The notes beneath the pieces are model-generated. The model was given only the letters and a program-made list of their open reading frames with translations. It was not told the origin of the DNA and searched no databases. Positions 54,032 through 64,000 of a stretch of DNA of 64,000 nt are shown here, one piece after another. The stretch comes from Histomonas meleagridis 2922-C6/04-290x (taxonomy: Eukaryota > Protista > Parabasalia), in assembly GCA_020184695.1 (NCBI GenBank), contig JAANOX010000099.1:62001-126000 (forward strand), read 5' to 3'. Made by a program: the position numbers and the translations under genes. Each line of letters starts with the position of its first letter. Positions within the stretch are counted from its first letter, which is position 1.

Positions 54032-56269
54032 TTACATTCTATCTTTATAATTGATGGTATTATCTTCTAGAAAATCTTTAGCAAATGGATCTGCTTCAAT
54101 GTTGGAAAAATCAGCAACAAAATTGTTATTACCTTCAATTTCAGATTGTTGGATAGCACTGTTTGAGTTCTCATGATTTTTGTTCTTAATTCGTGTTAAT
54201 ATAATAATAACTATAATAAAAATTATTATAACTATAACTACGCTTACAATAATAATATTGATAAATATGGTTTTGGAACCTTTATCATGATTTTCAGTTG
54301 TTTTAGTATAAGTTAAGAAATTTGAATAAGGAAATTGTGAAAAATATTTTAAAATGGTATATTCATAATACATATATTGTGTATATGAAATAATAAATGT
54401 TGAATTATAATAACTTAACAAAATTGTATTTGATAAAAATGAATTTGCTACAATAGTTTCCGTTAAGGAATATGTTAACATCGAAGAATGTGTAGTTTTT
54501 GTTGAATATATTTGCGAAGATGTATTTGCTATCAAAGTATTCGAATTTGTGAATGTATTTGTATGAGGAAATATATTTTTAGGACAGCCATCATTTACTT
54601 CATATGTTACATTCAAAATACCAAATTTTGTCTCTTGATAAAAAGATTGTACCATTACTGTTTGTGCTTTTACATTAGTAAATGCATCATATGCAATATC
54701 TGGTTGATGTTTCCCATAATAATAAATACATTTTAGTGATTTACAATAAGAAAACGCACCGTTTTTAATTGTTTTAACATTTTCCCCAATGATAACCAAT
54801 TCTAAATTAAAACATTTCGAAAATGAACTTCTTTTAATGGAAACAATTGGATTTGGAATAGTAATATTTTTTAATGAAGAACATTCGTAAAATGCAAAAC
54901 GTTCAATAGTTTTAACATTATCACCAATAATAACTGTTTTTAAATTAGAACAACATAAAAAAGAATATTCTCCTATTAAAGCCACGATATTTTTGATAAT
55001 TATTAAATCTAATTTAGAACAATATTGAAAAGCATATTGATTTATTTTAGTTACCGAATATGGAATATTAATTTTTTCTCTTGAAACTGGGCAACAAATA
55101 AGTACACTTATATTCTTGTTATATAGAATACCATCATTTTCATAATTTGAATAATATTTATTTTCATTCATTACATTAATAAAATCTGTATATGAAAATG
55201 CACTAATTCCAATGAAAATTATTGAGTTTGGTATTGTAATATTTTTTAATGAGGAACATTCAGTAAATGCAAATTGGCCAATTGTTTTAACATTTTTACC
55301 AAATATTACTGATTCTAATTTAGAACAGCTAAAAAATGCACTATTTCCAATTGTAGAAACACTATCACCAAAAACAACTGATTGTAAATTGGAGCATTTT
55401 GAAAACGTAAATTCATCAACAATCATAACTAAGTTTGGTATAGTAATATTTTTTAATGAAGAACACTCAACAAATGCATTACTTCCAATTATTGTAACAT
55501 TATTTCCAATAATTACATTTTCTAGTCCAGAACATTGAAAAAATGCAAATATTCCAATATTAATTACTGAGTTTGGTATGTTAATACTTTTTAATGAAAT
55601 GCAAACATAAAAAGCATTATTTCCTATCTTAGTAATATTTTCTCCAATGTTTACTGATTTTAGATTTAAACATTTAGAAAACGCATATTCACCAATTGCA
55701 ATTACAGAATTACTAATGTTTACAGTTTCTAAAAATGGCCATTCACTAAAACATTCATTTGGAATATCAATTATTCCAGCACTAATGATAACATTGATAG
55801 TTTCACTCTTGTATAGGGTTGAAAAATCATTGGGACTTAATATAACAAGTGTTCCATTTGAAAATACTTCTAATGTATCGATAATAAAAAATGCAAAAAT
55901 AAAGGGAAATGGTGTGAAATTATTGTGATCAAAAAAGAAAGAGATCGAAATAAATTTCCGTACAATAATCAGGAAAATTAAAACAATAGTAAAAAATTTT
56001 ATTATTAAATAAAAAAAGAAAAAGTTTTCAACTATGTTATCATGCTGTAAGAAATGAGTAAATACATAAGAAATTTTTTTCATAAAACTCATTGGGAATA
56101 TAATCTTTTGATGAAAGCTAATTATGATCATGATTTGTTGTGATTGCTTTAAAAAATCTTTATTGATGTTGAAAAAAAATTCTTGAAATTGTATGTCATG
56201 CTGATTATTAACATGTGTTTTTTGTATAAAATTATTATGAAAATAACTGACAAATAAAAAATGAAACAT
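54032..56269 (-). CDS. BspA-like (TpLRR) surface protein with C-terminal TM; true start uncertain
   Basis: Repeats such as SINIPNSVINIGIFAFFQCSGLENV; TM IIIVSVVIVIIIFIIVIIIL; tail ending DPFAKDFLED. Confidence 0.9.
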   Translation of the reverse strand: MFHFLFVSYFHNNFIQKTHVNNQHDIQFQEFFFNINKDFLKQSQQIMIIISFHQKIIFPMSFMKKISYVFTHFLQHDNIVENFFFFYLIIKFFTIVLIFLIIVRKFISISFFFDHNNFTPFPFIFAFFIIDTLEVFSNGTLVILSPNDFSTLYKSETINVIISAGIIDIPNECFSEWPFLETVNISNSVIAIGEYAFSKCLNLKSVNIGENITKIGNNAFYVCISLKSINIPNSVINIGIFAFFQCSGLENVIIGNNVTIIGSNAFVECSSLKNITIPNLVMIVDEFTFSKCSNLQSVVFGDSVSTIGNSAFFSCSKLESVIFGKNVKTIGQFAFTECSSLKNITIPNSIIFIGISAFSYTDFINVMNENKYYSNYENDGILYNKNISVLICCPVSREKINIPYSVTKINQYAFQYCSKLDLIIIKNIVALIGEYSFLCCSNLKTVIIGDNVKTIERFAFYECSSLKNITIPNPIVSIKRSSFSKCFNLELVIIGENVKTIKNGAFSYCKSLKCIYYYGKHQPDIAYDAFTNVKAQTVMVQSFYQETKFGILNVTYEVNDGCPKNIFPHTNTFTNSNTLIANTSSQIYSTKTTHSSMLTYSLTETIVANSFLSNTILLSYYNSTFIISYTQYMYYEYTILKYFSQFPYSNFLTYTKTTENHDKGSKTIFINIIIVSVVIVIIIFIIVIIILTRIKNKNHENSNSAIQQSEIEGNNNFVADFSNIEADPFAKDFLEDNTINYKDRM

Positions 56270-56566
56270 TAATAAAAATAAAATTATTTGATTTTAAGAA
56301 CGGTTTGTGAGGATAAAATGTAATAACACTTACAAAATTCAAAATGCATAAGATCAAAATCCAATGAAAACACCACTAGTGACCGCTGAGATTGAAAGTA
56401 AACAACGTATGAACAAATATAAATTCAATTTTGCATCACTTTCGCCATTTGACATTGTCACTTTTAGCAATTGTGCAAAAATGAAAAGTGCAACAGAAAA
56501 TAAATTCAATCAGATTTGATCGATTTTAATTTCCAAAAAGTTACAGAAATATTAAAAAAGGAACCT

Positions 56567-57046
56567 TTACTCATTTGGAATTGAGATTTCGCCAGATGAT
56601 ATCTTCTTTTGGATAGCTTTAGCGTTCTGTCCTTCACATTGAGCACCCATAGCTTGGCAAGTACCAAGAACTTCCTTAACTGTTCCTGCAAGTGTCTTTG
56701 ACATTGACTTATGTCTCATTTGACGAGCAATGTCGATGACGTTATCAAGAGTAAGGCTACCTGTGTGTTTGACATTCTTTGTCTTCTTACGATCACGATG
56801 TGGTTCTTGAAGGGCATGGATAATAAGAGTTGATGTTGAAGGAACAACTGAGATTGTAGCTTGACGATCAACAATTGTGATTTGAACTGTGCAACGATAT
56901 CCCTTATATTCTTCGGTAGCCTTAGCAACTTGTTGACCAACTTGACCAGAGTTAACACCGAGTGGACCTAGGCGTGGGGCAAGTTTTGCAGTAACACCGG
57001 ATTCTCCTCCCCAAACACGAACGCGGATAACAACTTCTTGTGACAT
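56567..57046 (-). CDS. RPL12: 60S ribosomal protein L12 (uL11)
   Basis: MSQEVVIRVRVWGGE...LAPRLGPLG...VVPSTSTLII.AL.EP.RDRKK.KNVKH.G...LAGTVKEVLGTCQAMG. The likely start is the Met at 57046, not 57076. Confidence 0.95.
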   Translation of the reverse strand: MSQEVVIRVRVWGGESGVTAKLAPRLGPLGVNSGQVGQQVAKATEEYKGYRCTVQITIVDRQATISVVPSTSTLIIHALQEPHRDRKKTKNVKHTGSLTLDNVIDIARQMRHKSMSKTLAGTVKEVLGTCQAMGAQCEGQNAKAIQKKISSGEISIPNE

Positions 57047-57050
57047 TCGA

Positions 57051-57070
57051 AAAGGTCGACCATAACGGTT
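57051..57070 (-). promoter_or_regulatory. Ribosomal-protein core promoter element: M3-like (ACCGTT) plus M5-like (CCTTT)
   Basis: Minus strand AACCGTTATGGTCGACCTTT ends 4 nt before the RPL12 ATG. Confidence 0.7.
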
Positions 57071-57138
57071 ATTCACGTCGAACGTTTAAATTTTCAGTTT
57101 GAAATTTTTGTGGGAATTATATAATTTTAAGTTTTAAT

Positions 57139-60100
57139 ATGGAGAAAATGACATTATCAGACTTAAATAGTAAAATTTTAAAAGACCCTTCGAAGCAACT
57201 TATTATCGATGACAACTTATCCTTGTTTCAAGATTTAGTATCACAATATATTAAATCACAAAAATTAAGTTCTCCATATACAGACGAAACTGATTTTTTT
57301 ATTAATACCTTTGTTCCAAATATTGTTTCTCATATTTTGGATCATGGTTTTAATAAGTTACATACAAATACCATTAACAAATATTTAAATTCAACTATTC
57401 CACTTATTCCCATTTTATTTTTCAGTGATGCAAAAAGTTTTATTAAGCCAGTCCTTCGAATTATCATTGGTCAAAATTGCAAATTTTACTCATTTATGAA
57501 TCCATATGGATTAACTTCTCATTCATATTCTGAAAACTTAAGTACATTTTCTAAAACAAATTTTTTTTCAGATGTTATTTCCAAGTTAAAATCATCCTAT
57601 GACTTTACATTTCAACAAGCATGTTGGATTTTACAAATCATAAAAATATACAAAAATTTACCAAAAATTCAAACACAAATATCAGATTTATTATTTCCAA
57701 TTTTCTCCAAGCTAATAGACAATTTAAAAGATGAAGATATTCATGGTACAGATGAACGACAAACAGAAGAATGTTTTAAAACATTAAAACAATATATATC
57801 AAATAAACAAAAGAAAAATGTTGATATGATAAAGTTTAATTTATCATTAAAATATGCATTATCACAATATATTAATAAACAATTTCAAGGTTTAGCAGCT
57901 ATTAAAAATGAACTTATGACTGGTACATTAGATAAAGAATATTTATATCAAGTTTTAGATGAATCAAATTTCATCCAAAAGATGTTAGTTGATCTTCATA
58001 TTGAACTTGTACCGAATTTTTGTAACATATTTAAGTTAATGGCAATACAAAAGAAAGTATCTGAAGAAGAATTAGAATTGTTTTGGAATGTTTCATCTAC
58101 AAAAAGTAATTCTGCAACAGCAAATATATATTGTAATGGATTAGAAATTATATATTCCGGTTTATGTATATCATTAAGGAAATTTTTATGGAATTTAATT
58201 GGAGAAAGTAAACAATTTTCTATTGCTACACTTAAATTTATTAATTATATATCAGAGTTTGGATTAAATGAAAATAAAATACAAATATTTGAAGCATTAA
58301 AGAAATTTTATTATAAAATCGATAATGATATTGAATTAAAAACAAATTTATTCGAGGCATTAAATAATATTGTTCCTTTAGATCAAAGTTTCTGTAAAAA
58401 AATACAAAAGAATTGTATAAAAATGATTAAAAAACATGAAAACGTCGAATTTGCTTTAACATTATTTCAAGCTTCTTGTAAAGTAATGGATGCAAATGAT
58501 TCGCAATCATTTTTAAGTTATATACTTTCTGCAATTATTGAAATTGATCATTCAACGCAATTACAATTTTTAAGTACAATAAAATATCTTTTAACTCAAA
58601 TAAAAGAGTTAAATATGAAACAATTCAAAGAATTATTTAAATTTACATTAAATTTAATTGATATTGATTCAAAATCTATTTATGAATTCTATAAAACAAT
58701 TATTAAAGAAAGTGACATATTAACAAAAGAATATTTATTATATATATTAAAGAAATTAACAAATTTAAAAGATATTAATGATGAAATATCAAATTTAATT
58801 ATATTTATATTTAAACAAATCAATAAATTAAAATTTATTACGAAAAACACACCAAAAAACACAGAAAAATTAGAAGGAATTGAGTTATTATGGAATTCTA
58901 TACCTAATTCATTAATGATTATGGGTTATTTATGTGAAATATATTCTAAAAGTATTAAAAAATTTAATATTAATTCATTTATTTCACGTTGTTTAAATTA
59001 TTCATCTGAATTAAATGCATTAAAAGGTATTTTACAAATTATTAAACTTATTCAAGATCCAATTGATAAAAAACAATTCGGATTAACTATGAATCTTTTC
59101 ATACCTTCATTCGATATGTGTGATGTATATTTAGAAGGTGATCTTAATATGAGTTTACAAGTACCAACTGATATTACGTTTTCTGAATTTTGTTTAAAAG
59201 TTTCGAAAATTGTAAAAGTACCACGAAATTATTTATATTTTTATGTTGATGATAAATTAGTTATCGAGAAAACATTTCAATTATATGATGACATTCATTT
59301 TAAAGTCGTTTCATGGACAGGAAAAATCCAAACTAAATCGAAAATCGAAAAAGAAAATTTACCATCGATAATATTAATGAAATCACCTGAATTTATTAAA
59401 AGTTTATTTAATAATTTATTAAAAGATAATTCAGAATTATCATTAGTTTCTTATAATATCTTAAATCAATTACCAACAAATGAAACAGAACGGAAATTAT
59501 TATTAAAGAAAACAAAAAATAAAGATTGGAATAAGTTATTATCATTAGAACATCCTTATTATTTCTTATATCGTATAAACATTATTCAACATTTAATATT
59601 TGAAGAAGAGAATTGGTTAAATCATTTTTATGTTTCTAATGGAGCGAAGACATTATTTGAAATAATATTAAATGAATCATTTGATCCATTTAAAGATAAA
59701 TATTTAACAGAATCAATTTGTAACACATATAAATATATATTAGAATTAATGAAAAATAAAAAAGTTAAATTAACTTTAATGAATGAGAAAATTATTTATG
59801 AAATTACAAAATATTCATTAGAATCAGATGATATAGAAATGATTGAAACATTTTTAACAATATTATATCAATTTGCTATTTTGGAATCACCAATTTTCCA
59901 AAATGTTTCAAATATTCCAACTTTATTTGAAAGGTTTATCTTTTCTGAGAATAAAACGATTAGAGAATATACAACTTGTATTGTATCATTTTTTAATTAT
60001 CAAGCATTTAGTGATAATTTAATTAATATGTTACCGAATTCTGTAGGACAACATTGTTCTCGTTATTTTTATTTATTAAAAGTTTTATCTAAAAAAACAG

Positions 60101-63100
60101 ATGATCCAACAAAATTATTAAAAAATGTTTTAAATGTTTTCTTTGAGGAATTTAATATCGAATTTAATAATGAATTTGAGAAAATTATGTTTTCTTTGCC
60201 GAATAAATCATTTATTGATGGAATAATTTCAACAATTTATATCTTAGCAAAAAAAGTTGAAAATATTCCAAAAGAAAAACTTTTGTTTACTATATTAATT
60301 GATCAAATTTTACTTAATAATTATCATATTTATATCCCTAAAAAAGATTTATTTTTGCTTTTGGAATTAATGATTAAAAGGAATTTGAAACTTTCGAATA
60401 TTTTATTCTCGAAAGTTATTAATATTCCAATGATATCATCTAAAAAAACAATTTATAGAATGCAAAAAAATGGAAATCCGCCAGGCTTGAAGAACTTAGG
60501 TGCAACATGTTATATTAATTCATCAATTCAACAATTATGTAACATTCCTGAATTTAAAAACGCTTTATTACAACAAACATTTGAAGAAGATAATTGGATA
60601 ACTTCATTTCAAAAACTTATAGCAAAAATGAGTTTTTTACCAATTGTTTCTATAGATCCGAAATTTTTCATTACTAAATTTAATTGGTATGATGAGCCAA
60701 TTAGTTTTTATAAGCAACAAGATGCAGTAGAATTTATTCAATTATTAATTGATCGCTTAAATGATTTAATACCTTCAATCGAATCTATATTTAAAGGTAC
60801 AATTGTACATGAAACTGTTGGTAATGATGTTGATTATCGATGTGAAAGTAATGAAAACTTTATAACATTTTCACTCGATGTTAAAGGATATAAAAATATT
60901 CAAGAAAGTTTAGAATCGTTTTTAATCCCAGATGATTTATCTGGTAAAGATCAATATTTAACAGAAGAATATGGAAAAATCGATGCAAAAAGAAGCCATA
61001 AGATACTTAAAGCGCCATTAATCTTAATAATACATTTAAAACGATTTTCTTATGATTTTAATATTGGAAAATATAATAAAATTAATAGTAAATTTGAATT
61101 CCCTAATGAATTAAATTTAACATCGATAATGAAAGTTACAACTGATCAACAAATTTATGACTTAATCGGTATACAAATGCATATGGGTTGTGCTACTTCA
61201 GGACATTATTATTCTTATATAAATACAAGTAAAAATGGTTGGCTAGAATTTAATGATGATATTGTAAGTGATTTCGATCCAAGAATGATACCTTATTGTG
61301 CATTTGGTGGTAAAAAAAGTTATTCTAGCACAAGTGGTACAAATGCTTATTTATTATATTATAGGAAAAGAATTAATAATTCGAATGATGAAATGTTAAA
61401 TATAAATTCGATAAATACAAAAATTTTCGATAAAATTTCAAATGAATTAAAATCAATCGTATTAAATGAAACAACTAAAAATCCTTTTTATAAAGATTTG
61501 ATTGAAAGTATATCCGAAATTTCCGATGATATACAATTTTTGTTATTTAAACTTGTTAAAACTGATGACATTGAAACAATCGAAAATCTTTTGATGAAAG
61601 TTAATGAAAATTGTAAAAATAATAAAGATAATGCAAATATTATTTTAAATTCGAAGGAATTAATTGATCGATTTTTAAATGATTTCGATAATATTTCAAT
61701 TCGTTTATTATATTCCGAAATTTTATGTAATTCTATTTTATGTATTAAATTTTCTAAATCATTTTTAGAATATTTCGAAGATATTCTTAATTTACAAAAT
61801 GTTAAACATGAAGAAGTTTTTATTCCATTCATTTGTATTATCGATAACTTAAAAATAGATTATGAAAAATGGATAAAAATATTTTTGAATTTATTAGAAA
61901 ATAATAAAATTCCAAAATATGGTAAATTCTTTGATTCATTATTAAAATTAATGAATTCAAATGAATTAACAGAAGATCAAATTATGGAATTGTTTTCTAA
62001 TGAATTCATTGCACGTTTTTGTAAATCGAAATTAAATGGAAGTCAAATTACTTCTTTTTTAGCATCAATTATTTTATTAAATGTTAATCGGAAAAATGAA
62101 TTTATAAATTCAGTTAAAGAAAATCTTCAAAAATTTGAAAGTTATGAAGCTTCAAATTATTTTAGTATATTATTATATATATCAAAGAATGAAGAAATTG
62201 ATATAAAATATTTTTATAATTTTTTAGAAACACAAAAATCATTTTATAAAAACTCATTTATAGAACAATTAATAAATTCATTAAATTCCGAATTATCGAA
62301 TATTTTTATAAATAATTCTTCATTTTGGATAAATAATTTTTTGTTTTCCACGAATGCTAATGTTCGAGAAAATACTGTTTCATTATTTAAAATAGTTTTT
62401 AAGGATTCAAAAGAATTACAAATAAAATTAATTGATATTTTATTAAAGAATTTGAAAACATTACAGAAAATTGTACAACAAAAAGAATTATATTGTGCAA
62501 ATTCATCAATACATAAAAAGAAATTAACGCCAACAGATTCATATTGTTCATTATTAGAATTTTTAGTAAATGAATCATCGTCACAAGAAATATTAATAAA
62601 TAATTCCATCATTTTAATAAATACAATGATAACAGTATCAAAAGGAAATATTTTCGGTGCTGAAAACTTCGAATATTTCATTAAATTGTTTAATAACACA
62701 TTAACTAATAAATTTTCAAATGAATTTTTCACAAAACAAAAACAAATCGAAGATCTTTTGTCATTATTAGATAAATATATTCCAAGTCCATTCGTTCGAA
62801 ATATGAATCTTTTACTTAGTTTTTATCCAACTAAATTCGCAAGCGCATTCTTTAACTCGAAAATATTCGAACGCGCACTTTATTATTGTTTAAGTAATGG
62901 CTCTGTTATTAAATTCATTTTAAGTCTTGAAAATCTATCGAAAAAAGACATAAATATTATCATAGCAAAAGTTTGGGACAAAATTAAAATGCATAGGAAT
63001 AGTACAAACACAAAATTATTTAATGAAATTTTAGAGGGTTTATTTAAACGATATTTCGAAGCGACTGAAGAATTTTATAATAAAGAAATTTATTTGAAAA

Positions 63101-63957
63101 TTATTAATTTAATTGATAAGTCTCCAAATTCAAAAGATTTGTCTTATCTAATATCATTATTATCATGTTTTATTAGTTACTTTATTAAAGAAAAAGAAAA
63201 CCAAAAATATCATCAAAAATTTGTCGAAATTTTACATCAACAAAAATTACAATTTAACAGAATTATCAAAAAGTTATTTGACCAAAATACAACACAAATT
63301 TTGTTTGAGGCCGTTTGTAATTTCATAACTGTACTTTTTACAATCGATTCAGTTTTTCAGAAGCAGGTCATTGAAATTTCAAAGGACAAATTCATTGAAA
63401 AAATTAATGTTAATAATCAATTATCAGGTGTTGCTTTTATTAATGATATTTCTTTCTTATTACATCAAAAGAATAAAACCGAAGATGCATTTAGTATATT
63501 ATTAGAATCGATTTCATCATTAAAGAAACCAATTTTCGAAGCACTCGATTATTTAAGTGTACAACTTGGAATGATTATAACAAATGATAATTGTGATGAA
63601 GTTGATGAAGTATTTCGAAATGTTTATGAGAATAATACTTCGATTCTTTTCTTTACTTTTGGTGTTCAACGATTAATTTTAATGTTTTCGGATGATTCGA
63701 TTAAATTTTGGGCGAAAAAATGTGAAAAAGAAATAAAAAATAATATTAAAAAGCCTTATAAACAAAGAAATATTAATCCAATTAAGAACTCATTGGAATT
63801 CTTGTTAAAGGTTAAAAAAACAAAGAATTTAAATGTTAACGTTAAAAAGAATGAATTCGACGATTTCGTAAAATATTGCGATAAAAGTGGAGAAATATCA
63901 GCAAAGGATTTGGTGAACCTTGTAAATATATTGTGTGATGAGGAAAATGAGAAATAA
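57139..63957 (+). CDS. Large ubiquitin-specific protease (peptidase C19, USP9/24/34-like)
   Basis: Cys box GLKNLGATCYINSSIQQL, QQDAVEF, LIIHLKRFSYD, His box HMGCATSGHYYSYI, WLEFNDDIV, NAYLLYYRK. Confidence 0.93.
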   Translation: MEKMTLSDLNSKILKDPSKQLIIDDNLSLFQDLVSQYIKSQKLSSPYTDETDFFINTFVPNIVSHILDHGFNKLHTNTINKYLNSTIPLIPILFFSDAKSFIKPVLRIIIGQNCKFYSFMNPYGLTSHSYSENLSTFSKTNFFSDVISKLKSSYDFTFQQACWILQIIKIYKNLPKIQTQISDLLFPIFSKLIDNLKDEDIHGTDERQTEECFKTLKQYISNKQKKNVDMIKFNLSLKYALSQYINKQFQGLAAIKNELMTGTLDKEYLYQVLDESNFIQKMLVDLHIELVPNFCNIFKLMAIQKKVSEEELELFWNVSSTKSNSATANIYCNGLEIIYSGLCISLRKFLWNLIGESKQFSIATLKFINYISEFGLNENKIQIFEALKKFYYKIDNDIELKTNLFEALNNIVPLDQSFCKKIQKNCIKMIKKHENVEFALTLFQASCKVMDANDSQSFLSYILSAIIEIDHSTQLQFLSTIKYLLTQIKELNMKQFKELFKFTLNLIDIDSKSIYEFYKTIIKESDILTKEYLLYILKKLTNLKDINDEISNLIIFIFKQINKLKFITKNTPKNTEKLEGIELLWNSIPNSLMIMGYLCEIYSKSIKKFNINSFISRCLNYSSELNALKGILQIIKLIQDPIDKKQFGLTMNLFIPSFDMCDVYLEGDLNMSLQVPTDITFSEFCLKVSKIVKVPRNYLYFYVDDKLVIEKTFQLYDDIHFKVVSWTGKIQTKSKIEKENLPSIILMKSPEFIKSLFNNLLKDNSELSLVSYNILNQLPTNETERKLLLKKTKNKDWNKLLSLEHPYYFLYRINIIQHLIFEEENWLNHFYVSNGAKTLFEIILNESFDPFKDKYLTESICNTYKYILELMKNKKVKLTLMNEKIIYEITKYSLESDDIEMIETFLTILYQFAILESPIFQNVSNIPTLFERFIFSENKTIREYTTCIVSFFNYQAFSDNLINMLPNSVGQHCSRYFYLLKVLSKKTDDPTKLLKNVLNVFFEEFNIEFNNEFEKIMFSLPNKSFIDGIISTIYILAKKVENIPKEKLLFTILIDQILLNNYHIYIPKKDLFLLLELMIKRNLKLSNILFSKVINIPMISSKKTIYRMQKNGNPPGLKNLGATCYINSSIQQLCNIPEFKNALLQQTFEEDNWITSFQKLIAKMSFLPIVSIDPKFFITKFNWYDEPISFYKQQDAVEFIQLLIDRLNDLIPSIESIFKGTIVHETVGNDVDYRCESNENFITFSLDVKGYKNIQESLESFLIPDDLSGKDQYLTEEYGKIDAKRSHKILKAPLILIIHLKRFSYDFNIGKYNKINSKFEFPNELNLTSIMKVTTDQQIYDLIGIQMHMGCATSGHYYSYINTSKNGWLEFNDDIVSDFDPRMIPYCAFGGKKSYSSTSGTNAYLLYYRKRINNSNDEMLNINSINTKIFDKISNELKSIVLNETTKNPFYKDLIESISEISDDIQFLLFKLVKTDDIETIENLLMKVNENCKNNKDNANIILNSKELIDRFLNDFDNISIRLLYSEILCNSILCIKFSKSFLEYFEDILNLQNVKHEEVFIPFICIIDNLKIDYEKWIKIFLNLLENNKIPKYGKFFDSLLKLMNSNELTEDQIMELFSNEFIARFCKSKLNGSQITSFLASIILLNVNRKNEFINSVKENLQKFESYEASNYFSILLYISKNEEIDIKYFYNFLETQKSFYKNSFIEQLINSLNSELSNIFINNSSFWINNFLFSTNANVRENTVSLFKIVFKDSKELQIKLIDILLKNLKTLQKIVQQKELYCANSSIHKKKLTPTDSYCSLLEFLVNESSSQEILINNSIILINTMITVSKGNIFGAENFEYFIKLFNNTLTNKFSNEFFTKQKQIEDLLSLLDKYIPSPFVRNMNLLLSFYPTKFASAFFNSKIFERALYYCLSNGSVIKFILSLENLSKKDINIIIAKVWDKIKMHRNSTNTKLFNEILEGLFKRYFEATEEFYNKEIYLKIINLIDKSPNSKDLSYLISLLSCFISYFIKEKENQKYHQKFVEILHQQKLQFNRIIKKLFDQNTTQILFEAVCNFITVLFTIDSVFQKQVIEISKDKFIEKINVNNQLSGVAFINDISFLLHQKNKTEDAFSILLESISSLKKPIFEALDYLSVQLGMIITNDNCDEVDEVFRNVYENNTSILFFTFGVQRLILMFSDDSIKFWAKKCEKEIKNNIKKPYKQRNINPIKNSLEFLLKVKKTKNLNVNVKKNEFDDFVKYCDKSGEISAKDLVNLVNILCDEENEK

Positions 63958-64000
63958 TTTATTTCGATTAGTAAAAATTGTTATAAAAATATTTTAAATT

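Noticed and set aside
2262-62732. Numerous short ORFs antisense to or out of frame within confident genes (e.g. 2262-2732, 11919-12470, 12316-12654, 62244-62732)
   Set aside because: Shadow ORFs with no motifs, overlapping well-supported genes.

Overview
Gene-dense, very AT-rich eukaryotic DNA read in the standard genetic code. It is almost certainly from a parabasalid protist (Trichomonas/Tritrichomonas/Histomonas group). This is inferred from the DUF3447-ankyrin and BspA-like LRR families, the essentially intron-free housekeeping genes, and trichomonad-type Inr/M3/M5-like core promoter motifs. The window holds about 30 protein genes (STE20 kinase, DIM1, TBP, a damaged RPT5, two FG nucleoporin-like genes, PRP46, HECT E3, two BspA, CYFIP, RPS10, RPL12, VPS4, GH47 mannosidase, a large USP and others), one tRNA-Met and several tandem repeats. 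The main finding concerns two DUF3447-ankyrin genes (26160-29698 and 33693-36727). In both, every C-terminal ankyrin repeat is interrupted at the same position, between the 'N-A-K-D' and 'T-A-L' codons, by a frame-breaking AT-rich spacer. I counted 25 spacers by hand; 20 are exactly 80 nt. They share a hairpin and an invariant TTT, and lack GT-AG and branch-point signals. The flanking ankyrin-coding pieces are intact and stop-free. Removing about 68 nt from each 80-nt spacer restores continuous ORFs of about 866 and 761 aa. This points to a non-spliceosomal, structure-defined intron class (or ribosomal bypassing) acting once per repeat. Excision itself cannot be shown from DNA alone.
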